This document shows positions 38,580 through 47,637 of a DNA stretch of 64,000 nucleotides, in pieces (position 1 is the stretch's first letter; every line of letters begins with the position of its first letter). The position numbers and the translations under genes are program-made. The stretch spans positions 5,408,001-5,472,000 of the forward strand of contig OY969763.1 of the NCBI GenBank assembly GCA_963702845.1, read 5' to 3'. This stretch comes from an uncultured Verrucomicrobiae bacterium (lineage in GTDB: Bacteria; Verrucomicrobiota; Verrucomicrobiia; Limisphaerales; Palsa-1400). The notes below the pieces were generated by a model, which saw only the letters and a list, made by a program, of their open reading frames with translations, was not told where the DNA came from and did not search any database.

Positions 38580-39938
38580 CTACGCACGGATCGCGGGGGG
38601 GGCGGGGGAGTGATTTTGCTCAAACTGGAGCGGGTAGGGCGGGTCTTCGCCGTGTTGCCGGTGCAGTTCGTTGATTTCTTTCTTTAATTCAATCATGCGC
38701 AACTCGCGGCCGACGGCGGCGCGATTGAACCTGCTTAACTCCTCTGCATGCGCCAACAGATCTTCATGCAGTTTTCGCGTGGCTTCCTCGGCGTGTTTGC
38801 GGGCGGTAACGTCGCGGATGTTGCACTGGATGATTTTCTTTTCACCCTCCGGATACAGGTTGCTGACAAATTCCACTTCGCGCCGTTGGCCGGTTTTTGT
38901 TTTCAAGGGCAGATCCTCGTAACGGATAAATCCATTCTCCTGCAGCTCTCGAAACGCTTCGCGGCTGGCCTCCTCATCTTTTAGGAGGCCGATCTCAAAC
39001 AATTCTTTGCCCAACAACATTTCGTGCGAGTAACCGAGCAGTTCGGACATGAACGGATTTGCGTCGAGGATCTTTCGTGTGTGAGGATCGACGATCAGGA
39101 CGCCGTCGCGGGCCGCTTCGAAAAGCCGGCGGTAACGCCGTTCCGAATAACGCATCTGCGCCTGGAAATGCAGCATTTGGGTGACGTCCTGAATTTCCAG
39201 CAACACTTTTCCGGGCTGACCGTTGGTGGCGATGAGTGTGCGACCGCTCAACAACATCGTGCGCTCGCCCAGGTCCGTGAACTGACCGGTCACCTCAAAA
39301 TTATCAAAGAAACTGTGGCGCGGTAGAATATCTCCCAGCAATTGGCGCAGGCGCGGGATGTTCCACTGCGCCTCGCCCAATGCGAAGAAAGATTGTCCTA
39401 CGACCTGGGCGGGCGACACGCGGAACGTCTGGCAAAACGGCTCGTTCGCCCAGTCCACGTTCAGGGCGGCGTCCAACACCAACACCGGGTTGCGCGCGCT
39501 GCGGACGATCGCTTCAGCATCACCACGGGCGGCGGCGAGCGTGGTCTGAGCGGCGTGCAATGCATTATTGCAACGCGCCTTGTCGATGTTGAGGGCCTGC
39601 ACCTCCGAATTTACTGATTGCAGGCTTTGTCTCGACGCGGCGAGGAATTCGTTGGCGTGGCGCAATTTCTCGTTCGACCGGCGCATTTCCAGAGTGGAAG
39701 CGTGCAGCTCCTCGGCCGCTTCCTGGCAGCGCTTTTCGAGGGTGTCGACCGAGTTGGCGGCCTCCACCAAACGCCGTTCAACCTTTTGGATCAAAGCGCT
39801 GTTGCCGGCGATGACGCCACGTTTACGCACGGGCGGTTTGCTTTGCGTCGGAGTGCTCCGCGTTGAGGCGAGGGACTTGAGTTCTTTCGCGGCCTTTCCA
39901 CTTGTGCTGCGGCCTTTGGGTTGTCGCGTCGTTTTCAT
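38580..39938 (-). CDS. Coiled-coil plus two PAS domains, no kinase output
   Basis: EELHASTLEMRRSNEKL coil, PAS (LGEAQWNIPRLR), PAS (YRRLFEAARDG...IQCNIRDVT), ends GRELRMIELKKEIN; start taken at ATG 39938. Confidence 0.82.
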   Translation of the reverse strand: MKTTRQPKGRSTSGKAAKELKSLASTRSTPTQSKPPVRKRGVIAGNSALIQKVERRLVEAANSVDTLEKRCQEAAEELHASTLEMRRSNEKLRHANEFLAASRQSLQSVNSEVQALNIDKARCNNALHAAQTTLAAARGDAEAIVRSARNPVLVLDAALNVDWANEPFCQTFRVSPAQVVGQSFFALGEAQWNIPRLRQLLGDILPRHSFFDNFEVTGQFTDLGERTMLLSGRTLIATNGQPGKVLLEIQDVTQMLHFQAQMRYSERRYRRLFEAARDGVLIVDPHTRKILDANPFMSELLGYSHEMLLGKELFEIGLLKDEEASREAFRELQENGFIRYEDLPLKTKTGQRREVEFVSNLYPEGEKKIIQCNIRDVTARKHAEEATRKLHEDLLAHAEELSRFNRAAVGRELRMIELKKEINELHRQHGEDPPYPLQFEQNHSPAPPAIRA

Positions 39939-39980
39939 TCCAGAAAATTTTCCGTCGGATTTTGTTCTTCCGAGACAGAA

Positions 39981-40027
39981 ACCATAGCTGTCTACGCGAA
40001 GGCGAACTAGTGGGGTGTTTTCCCCAT
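39981..40027 (-). promoter_or_regulatory. Island box plus -10
   Basis: Minus strand ATGGGGAAAACACCCCAC, 23 bp, TATGGT. Confidence 0.6.
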
Positions 40028-40196
40028 AGATTTTCCCGCCGCGAAACATCGGGGATACCATTAAGCCCGAGTTCACCCCCCCGCCTACCCTCGTGGCACC
40101 AATGGGTATTCACCTGACTAGATGCGGCCGGTGTGGCGCGACGCTGGGGACAACTTCAAGGCCGCGTTCGGTGGTCATAGTCGTAGCGGCTGAAAA

Positions 40197-40275
40197 GGTA
40201 GGGACGCGTTCCACCGCGTCCCCAATATTATTTTCGTGAAGGAAAGAATGGGACGACGTGGAAGTCGTCCCTACC
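40197..40275. repeat. GTAG-type REP doublet
   Basis: GGTAGGGACGCGTTCCACCGCGTCCC...GGGACGACGTGGAAGTCGTCCCTACC inverted pair. Confidence 0.8.
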
Positions 40276-40277
40276 GG

Positions 40278-40528
40278 TTACGGTTTGCAACTGATAACCA
40301 CTTCATTGCTGAAGTTGCCGACGACTTGGTCGTTGACCATGAATTTGGCGCGGTATTCGCGCAACTCGGCTTTGCCGACGGCGAGCATGGGCCGGTTATC
40401 GAGGTGAGGCGAATGCAGGGCGACGATCAAACGGGTGAAGTCCGGTTCATCGCCGCGTTTGTCTTGAAGTTATCGTGCCAGGCCAGGAAGGCATCGTCGC
40501 CACGGGGAATGAATCCATCTCTTTGCAT
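40278..40528 (-). pseudogene. Internally deleted gene with an FN3/Ig-like C-terminus (paralog of 26621-27037)
   Basis: MQRDGFIPRGDDAFLAWHDNFKTNAA joined out of frame to ...DNRPMLAVGKAELREYRAKFMVNDQVVGNFSNEVVISCKP*. Confidence 0.7.
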
Positions 40529-40593
40529 ATGTTGTTTATTTCTAAGTGTTTATACCATTGTTTAGGACTAGTTTTTGGAGGTTGGGAGGATTT

Positions 40594-40805
40594 GTACAGA
40601 GCCGCCGAACAACCGTACAGCGGCGCTGTGCAACTGTTCGGAGCGGCTGAACAACAGGTACAGAACCGCTGTACGGTTGCACGGCGGCGCTGAACAACAG
40701 GTACCGAGCCGCCGTCCAATTGCACGCCGCCGCCGAACAACCGTACAGAGCCGCCGTACAACAGGTACGGAGCCGCTGTGCAATTGAACGGAGGGATTGT
40801 ACAAA
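40594..40805. repeat. Non-coding array of ~10 degenerate 21/22-bp tandem repeats
   Basis: gtacagagccgccgaacaacc / gtacagcggcgctgtgcaact / gttcggagcggctgaacaacag ... Confidence 0.85.
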
Positions 40806-40984
40806 CGAACGAAGGAAGGACACGTCGCGCCCAAGCTCCGGATACCGATTCCGGAATGCCCACCCGTGCTTTTTTGAACCCGCCACATTTTCCGCCCGCG
40901 TTTGTGCCAAAGGCGCAAAGTGAGGTCAAGCGTTTGTTGCGCTTGATTCGCAGCGGCAGCAGAACAATAGTCTCCTCAACCAAT

Positions 40985-41046
40985 ATGAACCAACCGTTCG
41001 TATATCAAAATGACCGCGACACCCGGTCGCATAATCATTGTTAGGC
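40985..41046 (+). mobile_element. Second attI-like site
   Basis: gttcgtatatcaaaatgaccgcgacacccggtcgcataatcattGTTAGGC; same layout as 13604-13660 on the minus strand. Confidence 0.5.
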
Positions 41047-41049
41047 CAC

Positions 41050-41361
41050 ATGCGCGCACCACAGTTCAAACGCATAGCGCTGGTCTTCGCCGTCCAGTTG
41101 ATTCTGATACTCACTGTGGACACTTGGGGACGCAAGCCTTGGGGTTTGCCCGAGCGAGTTTGCTTCTTTGGCGCTTACGTGTTGCCGTTTGTTGGCTATA
41201 TCGCGTTTCTCTACGGCGCACCGATGTGCGCGACCATGTCCAGCATCCCGAAGATGGCGTGTCTGACGCTTCTGTCTTTTGTCATGACGATGGGCGGCAC
41301 GATGGTCATCCTTGTGCTTTGGTTCTTGTTGTCCGCCGTTACAGGAGTTCCATTGCGCTGA
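41050..41361 (+). CDS. Small membrane protein, cassette-like gene
   Basis: Starts 3 bp after GTTAGGC; 3 hydrophobic segments; ends in the attC right-end remnant CGCTGAGCTTGGGTC-CTTAGAC (41356-41377). Confidence 0.65.
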   Translation: MRAPQFKRIALVFAVQLILILTVDTWGRKPWGLPERVCFFGAYVLPFVGYIAFLYGAPMCATMSSIPKMACLTLLSFVMTMGGTMVILVLWFLLSAVTGVPLR

Positions 41362-41392
41362 GCTTGGGTCCTTAGACTGCTTCGCACTTTCC

Positions 41393-41626
41393 CTACGCGC
41401 TCCATTTCCAATCGCGAATATCCGGCATGTCGTCGCCGTGCTCGCGGATGTAATGTTTGTGTTCCATGAGTTTGTTTTGGATGGCCTGTTTGGCGTAGGC
41501 GGCCCGCGCGCCCAGTTGCGGCAGGCGGTCGATCACGTCGGCGAAGAGATGGAATCGGTCCAGGTCGTTCAAGACGACCATGTCGAAGGGCGTCGTGGTG
41601 GTGCCTTCCTCTTTGTAGCCGCGCAC
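41393..41626 (-). pseudogene. C-terminal remnant of phosphoketolase (Xfp)
   Basis: [26 protein letters not shown]...[13 protein letters not shown] is the Xfp C-terminus; the rest of the enzyme is absent. Confidence 0.88.
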
Positions 41627-41638
41627 GGCTCTGTTCGC

Positions 41639-42325
41639 TTAAATAATCGTCACCTGCACGCTGCTCTCGATGATGCCCGCGCTGATGGCGTAGCGGGTCA
41701 GGCCGGCGGTGTCGTGGATGTCCAGCTTTGACATCAGGTGTTCGCGATGTTTCTCGACAGTCTTGATCCCAATGCCCAGTTCGTCGGCCGTTTGTTTGTT
41801 GGCTTTGCCTTCGGCGATGAGTTGCAGGACTTCCAGCTCGCGCGAGGTCAGGGTGGAGTGGCGCGATTTGCGGGAACCGGTCCGGGGCGCTTCCTGGACG
41901 TCGCGGCCATTCATGCGTTTGGAGATTTCGTTGGAGAAAAAGCTATTGCCCTGCATGACTTGGCGAATGGCGTCGACGACGAGTTGGGAGGAGGTTTGCT
42001 TGATCAAAAATCCGCGCGCGCCGGCGGCAGCGGCTTCGTCGACATAGGCGTCGTCGCTGTGGGCGGAGAGCATGATGACTCTGGCGGCGGGCGTGGCCAG
42101 GACGATCTGGCGGGCGGCTTCCAGGCCGTTGAGCAAAGGCATGGCGATGTCCATGAGGACGACGTCGGGCCGCACCTTGGCGAACATGGCCACGGCTTCA
42201 CGACCGGTTTTGGCTTCGCCGATGACGTGCATGTCCGCTTCGAGATCGAGCATGCGATGGAAACCTTCGCGGACGATCGTGTGATCTTCGGCGAGGAGGA
42301 TCGAGATTTTCTTAGTGGGCTTCAT
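41639..42325 (-). CDS. NarL/LuxR-family DNA-binding response regulator
   Basis: LAEDHTIVREG, VLMDIAMP, LSAH, FLIK; HTH LTSRELEVLQLIAEGKANKQTADELGIGIKTVEKHR. Confidence 0.95.
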   Translation of the reverse strand: MKPTKKISILLAEDHTIVREGFHRMLDLEADMHVIGEAKTGREAVAMFAKVRPDVVLMDIAMPLLNGLEAARQIVLATPAARVIMLSAHSDDAYVDEAAAAGARGFLIKQTSSQLVVDAIRQVMQGNSFFSNEISKRMNGRDVQEAPRTGSRKSRHSTLTSRELEVLQLIAEGKANKQTADELGIGIKTVEKHREHLMSKLDIHDTAGLTRYAISAGIIESSVQVTII

Positions 42326-42334
42326 GATAGATTT

Positions 42335-43891
42335 CTAGTGGGTAGGGCGCGTCGCTCCGCGCGCGCCGTTTTGTTCGGTCTCGGCAGCGGCGCGCACGGA
42401 GCGACGCACCCTACCTGGAGCCGGGGTGACTGGTGCAATGAAAGGAATGATGGCGACGACGGCAGTGCCTTTGCCGGGAGTGGCCTCGATGGAAAATATG
42501 CCGCCAATCATTTCGATGCGCTCGCGCATGCCGAGCAGGCCGAGGCGTTTGCTGGCTTTGAGTTTGGCACTGGCGGTGTTCTTGAAAGATCGGCCGTCGT
42601 CCATGATGCGCATGGAAATGTTTTCGCCGACTCTCTCGATGCGCACTTCGACGCGGGTGGCGTGCGCATGGCGTGCGACGTTGTTGAGCGCTTCCTGCGC
42701 CACGCGGAAAAGAGCGGCGCGGCGGTCTTGATCGAGCTCTTCGATTTTGGCAAAGGCGACGAGGTTGCAATGCACGCCGGATTGCGCCGTGAAAGTCTTC
42801 ATGAACACGTGCAGCGCGGGGACGAGGCCAAGATCATCGAGCACGGCGGGACGAAGTTGGCGCGCGAAATTGTGGACGACATCGACGGCTTTGAGGACGA
42901 GCGCCTGGGTTTCGGCGACGCGGATGTCGAAGCCTTTGCCGAAGTTGCCGGCTTCCTTGGCGAGTAGCGCAAGGCGGACGTTGATGCCGGTGAGCGTCTG
43001 GGCAATGACATCGTGCAATTCGCGGCTGATGCGCTTGCGCTCTTCTTCCTGCGCGTGCAGGACCTGGCGCGAGAGGTTGCGGAGCTGTGCCTGCATGAAC
43101 TCCGATTGTGCCAAAAGGTGAACCTGGTGTTGCTCGCTTTTCTTGAGGGATTTCTCGACGGCCTGGCGTTGGACGATCTCGCGGCGGAGATCGCGGTTGG
43201 ACAAAGCCAATTCCTCGACGCGCAGTTGCGCCTCCTGCGCGCGCTTGAGGGCGGTGATGTCGGAGACGACGACGCGGCACCACTTTTTTGGGCCTTTGGC
43301 GGACGCGGAGCTCGTGCCGTGGAAGTCAGCCCAGAACTTCGTGCCGTTTCCCCGGACGAGCGGCGCTTCGCAAACTTGTTTGCCTGCCCCGCTGAAGACG
43401 CGCTTAAGAAACGCGAGAAAGATGACGCGACTTTCCTGGACGATGAACGACGGCAAATAGCGGTTGAGCAAGTGCGCGCGGCCCAAACCGAGCAGCGACG
43501 CGCCGGTCAGGTTGACTTCCAAAATGCGACCTGCTTCGTCGAGCGAGAGATAACCGACTGGCGCGAAATCGTAGAGGTCGGTGTATTTCTCCAGCAAAGA
43601 TTCCATGCGGCCGCGGGCTTCCTGGAGTTCGGCGTTCTGCATTTCCAGTTCGACATGGTGGACCTGCAACTCGTGCAGGACGCGTTGGGTGTTCACTGCC
43701 ACTTCCGCTTTGGAATGCGCAGCTGCATCTTTGCGCACTTTGATCCGCGCTTCGGCTCGAAGGTAAAGGCCGGTCGTGCCCTCGCGTTCCGCGCGCGGGT
43801 CACCGAACCACGCCTGCGCCGATCGCCGGCGGCGACCGTGATCAGTCGGCTTCGCCGGACGCGTGGGCTTTTTATGCAAGGGACGTTTCAC
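42335..43891 (-). CDS. PAS sensor histidine kinase, HisKA_3 (NarX/UhpB) type
   Basis: LHELQVHHVELEMQN coil, PAS (LYDFAPVGY), EEERKRISRELHD, QEALNNVARHA, DDG, LGLLGMRER. Confidence 0.93.
   Translation of the reverse strand: MKRPLHKKPTRPAKPTDHGRRRRSAQAWFGDPRAEREGTTGLYLRAEARIKVRKDAAAHSKAEVAVNTQRVLHELQVHHVELEMQNAELQEARGRMESLLEKYTDLYDFAPVGYLSLDEAGRILEVNLTGASLLGLGRAHLLNRYLPSFIVQESRVIFLAFLKRVFSGAGKQVCEAPLVRGNGTKFWADFHGTSSASAKGPKKWCRVVVSDITALKRAQEAQLRVEELALSNRDLRREIVQRQAVEKSLKKSEQHQVHLLAQSEFMQAQLRNLSRQVLHAQEEERKRISRELHDVIAQTLTGINVRLALLAKEAGNFGKGFDIRVAETQALVLKAVDVVHNFARQLRPAVLDDLGLVPALHVFMKTFTAQSGVHCNLVAFAKIEELDQDRRAALFRVAQEALNNVARHAHATRVEVRIERVGENISMRIMDDGRSFKNTASAKLKASKRLGLLGMRERIEMIGGIFSIEATPGKGTAVVAIIPFIAPVTPAPGRVRRSVRAAAETEQNGARGATRPTH
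42341..42415. repeat. GTAG-type REP doublet inside the 3' end of the kinase CDS
   Basis: GGTAGGGCGCGTCGCTCCGCGCGCGCCG...CGGCGCGCACGGAGCGACGCACCCTACC. Confidence 0.8.
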
Positions 43892-43894
43892 TGT

Positions 43895-46723
43895 TTAAGT
43901 TCGTTGCGATTTGAGAGCGTGTTTAGTTTTTTTCGGCGCGACGGCGAGGGCGACGGCGCGTTTGCCATCGCCGCCGTTGCCGCCAACTTTTGCGCCGCGG
44001 TCTACAATGAGTTTTTCCAGGGCGGCCTGTTGCTCGCGTAATTTAATTTCCAAATGCTTGGCAATGGTGATGTCCGCGAAGGTCATGACCACGCCGTCAA
44101 CGCGATCGTCGTTCGTTCGATAAGGCATGATGCGCACGCTGAACCAACGTCCGTCGCGTGTGCTGACCGCCTTTTCGACAAAGCCAAGGGAGCGCAATAC
44201 TTGGCGGGCGTCGGACACGAGTTGCGGGTAGAGCAGATCGGAGGCGAGATCGGTGATGGGCCGGCCGACGTCGCTTGGAATGAGTTTGATAATTTTCGTA
44301 GCCTGCGTGGTGAACCGGCGCACATTGAGGGCCAGATCCAAAAAGAGCGTGGCGATGTCGGTGCTGTTGAGCAGGTTCTTCATGTCGCTGCTCGTCCGGG
44401 ACAACTCGTCGACCTTGACCTGCAATTCGGCGTTGACCGTCTGGAGCTCTTCATTCAACGACTGCATTTCCTCTTTGGAAGTCGTGAGTTCTTCGTTGGC
44501 CGACTGAAGCTCTTCGTTGGTGGATTGTTGCTCCTCGTTGGTCGAGCGCAATTCTTCCTGCGACGTCTGCATTTCTTCCCGTACCGACTGCGCTTCAAGG
44601 CGAGCGAGTTGATATTTTCGCCCCAACTCTTCCATGCGCAAAGTGCGACCCGGATTTTTGTCGGCCTTGGTGGAACGCGGGGATGCGATGGGTTCGGCCG
44701 GCGTGCTAACGTCAGTGAAAACAATCATCACCAGGCCGCGCATCGCTTCCGGTTCGAAAAGCCGTTGCACGGAAATATCCATGAATTGCTGCCCGACGCT
44801 GGTCATGATGTGCAGTCCGCGAACGATTACAGGAGTTTTTTGGTCGAGCGCTTTGTGGAAGGCGTTGCTGATTTCGTCGCGCAAGCCTTCGCGTGCCATG
44901 GCGAAAATGTTCCAATTTGCTTTGCCGGCGGCAGGCTCCAGATATTTGCCCGTCCGTCCGCTGATATAGAGAATGTTGCCCTCTGAATCTGCGAGAACCG
45001 TGGGCGCGGCAAAATGTTCCAAAACAAATTGGTCCGCCACCGACTGAAGACTCACATTCGTTTTTGGTTCAGCAGGCAACTTGACGTCGTCCGGCATGGG
45101 AGAAGCGAACGACGTCGGGAACTGAATCGATTCGGAACGCAACGTGGCTGGCGTCCGTTGAAAGATTCGCAATTTATTGTTCAACGGCGTGAACAGATCG
45201 GAGAAGGTTCCGATAGTTTCCGCACTGCCGAGGAATAAAACGCCGCCGGGACTCAAGCTATAATGAAACAACGGAATGAGTTTCTTCTGCATCTCCGGCG
45301 CGAGATAGATCAGCAAATTGCGACAGCTCAAAACATCCAGTTTGGTAAAGGGCGGGTCCTGAATGAGGCTTTGTTCCGCGAAGATGACCATCTCGCGAAT
45401 CTCGGGCTTCACCCTGTAGCCGCTCTCGTTTTTGGAGAAAAAGCGGCTCATTTGTTTTGGCGAAACGTCAGCGCAAATATTTTCCGGGTAAATGCCCAGG
45501 CGCGCCTTGGCAATCGCGTCCTTGTCCAGGTCGGTGGCAAAAACCTGAAGAGTAATCTTTTTCTTCGGCTTGATCTTGTCCATGACCTCTTTGAAGACCA
45601 TGGCGATGGAATACGCTTCTTCACCCGTGGAACATCCCGGCACCCAAACGCGCAAGACGTGGCCAGCGGGCCTCTTGGCAATCAGTGCGGGAAGAATCTT
45701 TTTGCGCAGTTCTTCCCATGCGGCAGGGTCACGGAAAAAGCTGGTGACGCCGATCAGGAGCTCTTTGAAGAGCAGGTCCAACTCCTGGGAATTCTCCTGC
45801 AGGTAGCGGACGTAATCGGCCATCTTATGGATCTGATGGATCCCCATGCGGCGCTCGATCCGGCGAAAGAATGTGTTTTTCTTGTAAAGAGAAAAGTCGT
45901 GCCCGGTGTGAGTGCGCAGCAGAATGATCGCCTTCTCCACCGTTCCCTGGGCCTTGGTTTCCAGCGCGCTCTCGAGATTGCGTCCGAGCGGAGTGCGCTT
46001 GAGATACGCAACGATCCTGTCCGGCAGATCGTCGACGGGTGCCACGATGTCGGCCAAACCAGCATCAATTGCGCTGCGCGGCATGCCATCGAATTTGGCC
46101 GTTAACGGGTCCTGCACCAAAACGACGCCGCCTTTTTCTTTGATGGCGCGCAAGCCGAGCGTGCCGTCGGAGCCCATGCCGGAGAGAATCACGCCGATGC
46201 TCTGTTCCTGCTGGTCCTGCGCGAGAGAGCGAAGAAAAAAATCAATGGGAAGGCGCAAGCCTCGCGGCGAAGCGGGTGGCAGCAGATGAAGAGTCCGGTG
46301 CAGAATGGACATGTCCTTGTTCGGCGGAATGACATAGACGCGATTCTGCTCGACCTTCATGCGGTCCCTCACCTGGACAACTTTCATCCCGGTCGCACGC
46401 TGCAATAGTTCAGGCATGATGCCTTTGCGCGTCGGATCCAAATGTTGAACAATGACGAAGGCCATGCCGGCATTTTTCGGCACGCGATATAGAAAATGTT
46501 CCAAGGCCTCCAAACCACCGGCGGATGTGCCAATGCCAACTATCGGAAATTTGAGGCGCGATGAGGGTCCGACGGAGAGCTTGCGGCCAGCTTTGGCGGT
46601 CATTTTCGGAGCAATTCGCGCTTTGTTCTTTTTTTTCACATTAACCTTTTCACCGCTCACAGGAGACACAAGAGACTGGCCCTGCTTGCCTTTGAAAGTG
46701 ATGTTCTGACTCCCGCTATTCAT
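43895..46723 (-). CDS. CheB methylesterase / CheR methyltransferase fusion with coiled coil and PAS
   Basis: CheB triad GTSAGG, VQHLDP, GMGSDG; CheR IGVTSFFRD, GCSTGEEAYS, CRNLLIY; EELQSANEEL coil; PAS. Confidence 0.95.
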   Translation of the reverse strand: MNSGSQNITFKGKQGQSLVSPVSGEKVNVKKKNKARIAPKMTAKAGRKLSVGPSSRLKFPIVGIGTSAGGLEALEHFLYRVPKNAGMAFVIVQHLDPTRKGIMPELLQRATGMKVVQVRDRMKVEQNRVYVIPPNKDMSILHRTLHLLPPASPRGLRLPIDFFLRSLAQDQQEQSIGVILSGMGSDGTLGLRAIKEKGGVVLVQDPLTAKFDGMPRSAIDAGLADIVAPVDDLPDRIVAYLKRTPLGRNLESALETKAQGTVEKAIILLRTHTGHDFSLYKKNTFFRRIERRMGIHQIHKMADYVRYLQENSQELDLLFKELLIGVTSFFRDPAAWEELRKKILPALIAKRPAGHVLRVWVPGCSTGEEAYSIAMVFKEVMDKIKPKKKITLQVFATDLDKDAIAKARLGIYPENICADVSPKQMSRFFSKNESGYRVKPEIREMVIFAEQSLIQDPPFTKLDVLSCRNLLIYLAPEMQKKLIPLFHYSLSPGGVLFLGSAETIGTFSDLFTPLNNKLRIFQRTPATLRSESIQFPTSFASPMPDDVKLPAEPKTNVSLQSVADQFVLEHFAAPTVLADSEGNILYISGRTGKYLEPAAGKANWNIFAMAREGLRDEISNAFHKALDQKTPVIVRGLHIMTSVGQQFMDISVQRLFEPEAMRGLVMIVFTDVSTPAEPIASPRSTKADKNPGRTLRMEELGRKYQLARLEAQSVREEMQTSQEELRSTNEEQQSTNEELQSANEELTTSKEEMQSLNEELQTVNAELQVKVDELSRTSSDMKNLLNSTDIATLFLDLALNVRRFTTQATKIIKLIPSDVGRPITDLASDLLYPQLVSDARQVLRSLGFVEKAVSTRDGRWFSVRIMPYRTNDDRVDGVVMTFADITIAKHLEIKLREQQAALEKLIVDRGAKVGGNGGDGKRAVALAVAPKKTKHALKSQRT

Positions 46724-47423
46724 ACCGGTGGCTGTCCAGTTCGCTCGCGACCTCTCGAACGGATTTAACCGACTGTGACACGAGCCGCTGGGTGCTGGCG
46801 ATTTGATTCTTAAGACTTTTGGTATTGCCCTTGGCGCCGCGCCTTAACGACAGCAGCCGGACATTGATGCTCAACAACAACTGCGCCACGTCGTCCTGCA
46901 GTTCGTGGCTCATTTTTTTGCGCTCCGCTTCCTGCGCGGTCAGACCCTTCCGGGCCAACTGCCGCAAACCTTCCTGGAGTTGAAGCGAATCCTTCAGCAG
47001 CTCCATATAATGCTCGCCGCTTTTTTTCAACGTCACTTCCATCGTCTTGTATCGAACGATTCCCTTTTGCAGCAAACGATTGCTGTCGGCCAGTTCGGTC
47101 GTGCGGCGGCTGAGCATTTCGTTAAGCTGGATCACGTCACCATTGCTTTGGCGTGCGGAACGGTGCGTTTGAAAAATCGGAATGAGCGCCTGGGTGAAGA
47201 AAACCTGAGCACGCTTGTTCAGGCGTTCTGCTGTGGGTGATAACTTCAACGTGGCCAGGGCTTTTTCGTGGATGTCGGCCAGTTGCAACGTCTCAAGCCC
47301 AAGTAAAACGGCGCGCTGTCCCATTTGGAGAGCGGGTCGCGATGTTTTGGCCGCACCTTTTCCGAGGTGTTTTCGCAGGGCCGCGACATATTGCTGCGAC
47401 AACTTGTTAAAGTTTTCTTTCAT
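46716..47423 (-). CDS. RsbU N-terminal-like domain plus degenerate HisKA_3, no ATPase domain
   Basis: QYVAALRKHL...ALQMGQRAVLLGLETLQLADIHEKAL; AQEAERKKMSHELQDDVAQ (ELHD replaced by ELQD); ends after the dimerisation helices. Confidence 0.75.
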   Translation of the reverse strand: MKENFNKLSQQYVAALRKHLGKGAAKTSRPALQMGQRAVLLGLETLQLADIHEKALATLKLSPTAERLNKRAQVFFTQALIPIFQTHRSARQSNGDVIQLNEMLSRRTTELADSNRLLQKGIVRYKTMEVTLKKSGEHYMELLKDSLQLQEGLRQLARKGLTAQEAERKKMSHELQDDVAQLLLSINVRLLSLRRGAKGNTKSLKNQIASTQRLVSQSVKSVREVASELDSHRYE

Positions 47424-47530
47424 TCTGATTGCCCAACCCATCGCGTCAGTTCGGAGGTTTAACACCCCCCACCTCCCTGGCGCGGGCATTAAATCCACAC
47501 TCAATATCGGGTCAAACCTTCGGGATGTAT

Positions 47531-47576
47531 ATGGGGTAAACACCCCATTGGCCGCCGCTGGATAAGTCGCTAACTT
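47531..47576 (+). promoter_or_regulatory. Island box with perfect palindromic arms plus -10 upstream of ohr
   Basis: ATGGGGT-AAAC-ACCCCAT, 22 bp, TAACTT; lies between the divergent signalling operon and ohr. Confidence 0.8.
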
Positions 47577-47637
47577 CGATGAACTGGCGGAAAATCACGG
47601 AATCATCAACCCCTCGCTCCCGCTAACACTTACCGAC

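Noticed and set aside
40594..40805. CRISPR array
   Set aside because: Tandem degenerate units without unique spacers; no cas genes
41022..41046. Chromosomal dif site (GGTCGCATAA resembles a XerC arm)
   Set aside because: Spacer and XerD arm do not fit the 11-6-11 dif layout; the cassette context favours an attI-like site
36442..46105. Long antisense ORFs (36442-37629, 41738-42967, 43013-44041, 44054-44986, 45263-46105)
   Set aside because: Shadows of GC-rich genes on the opposite strand; no motifs
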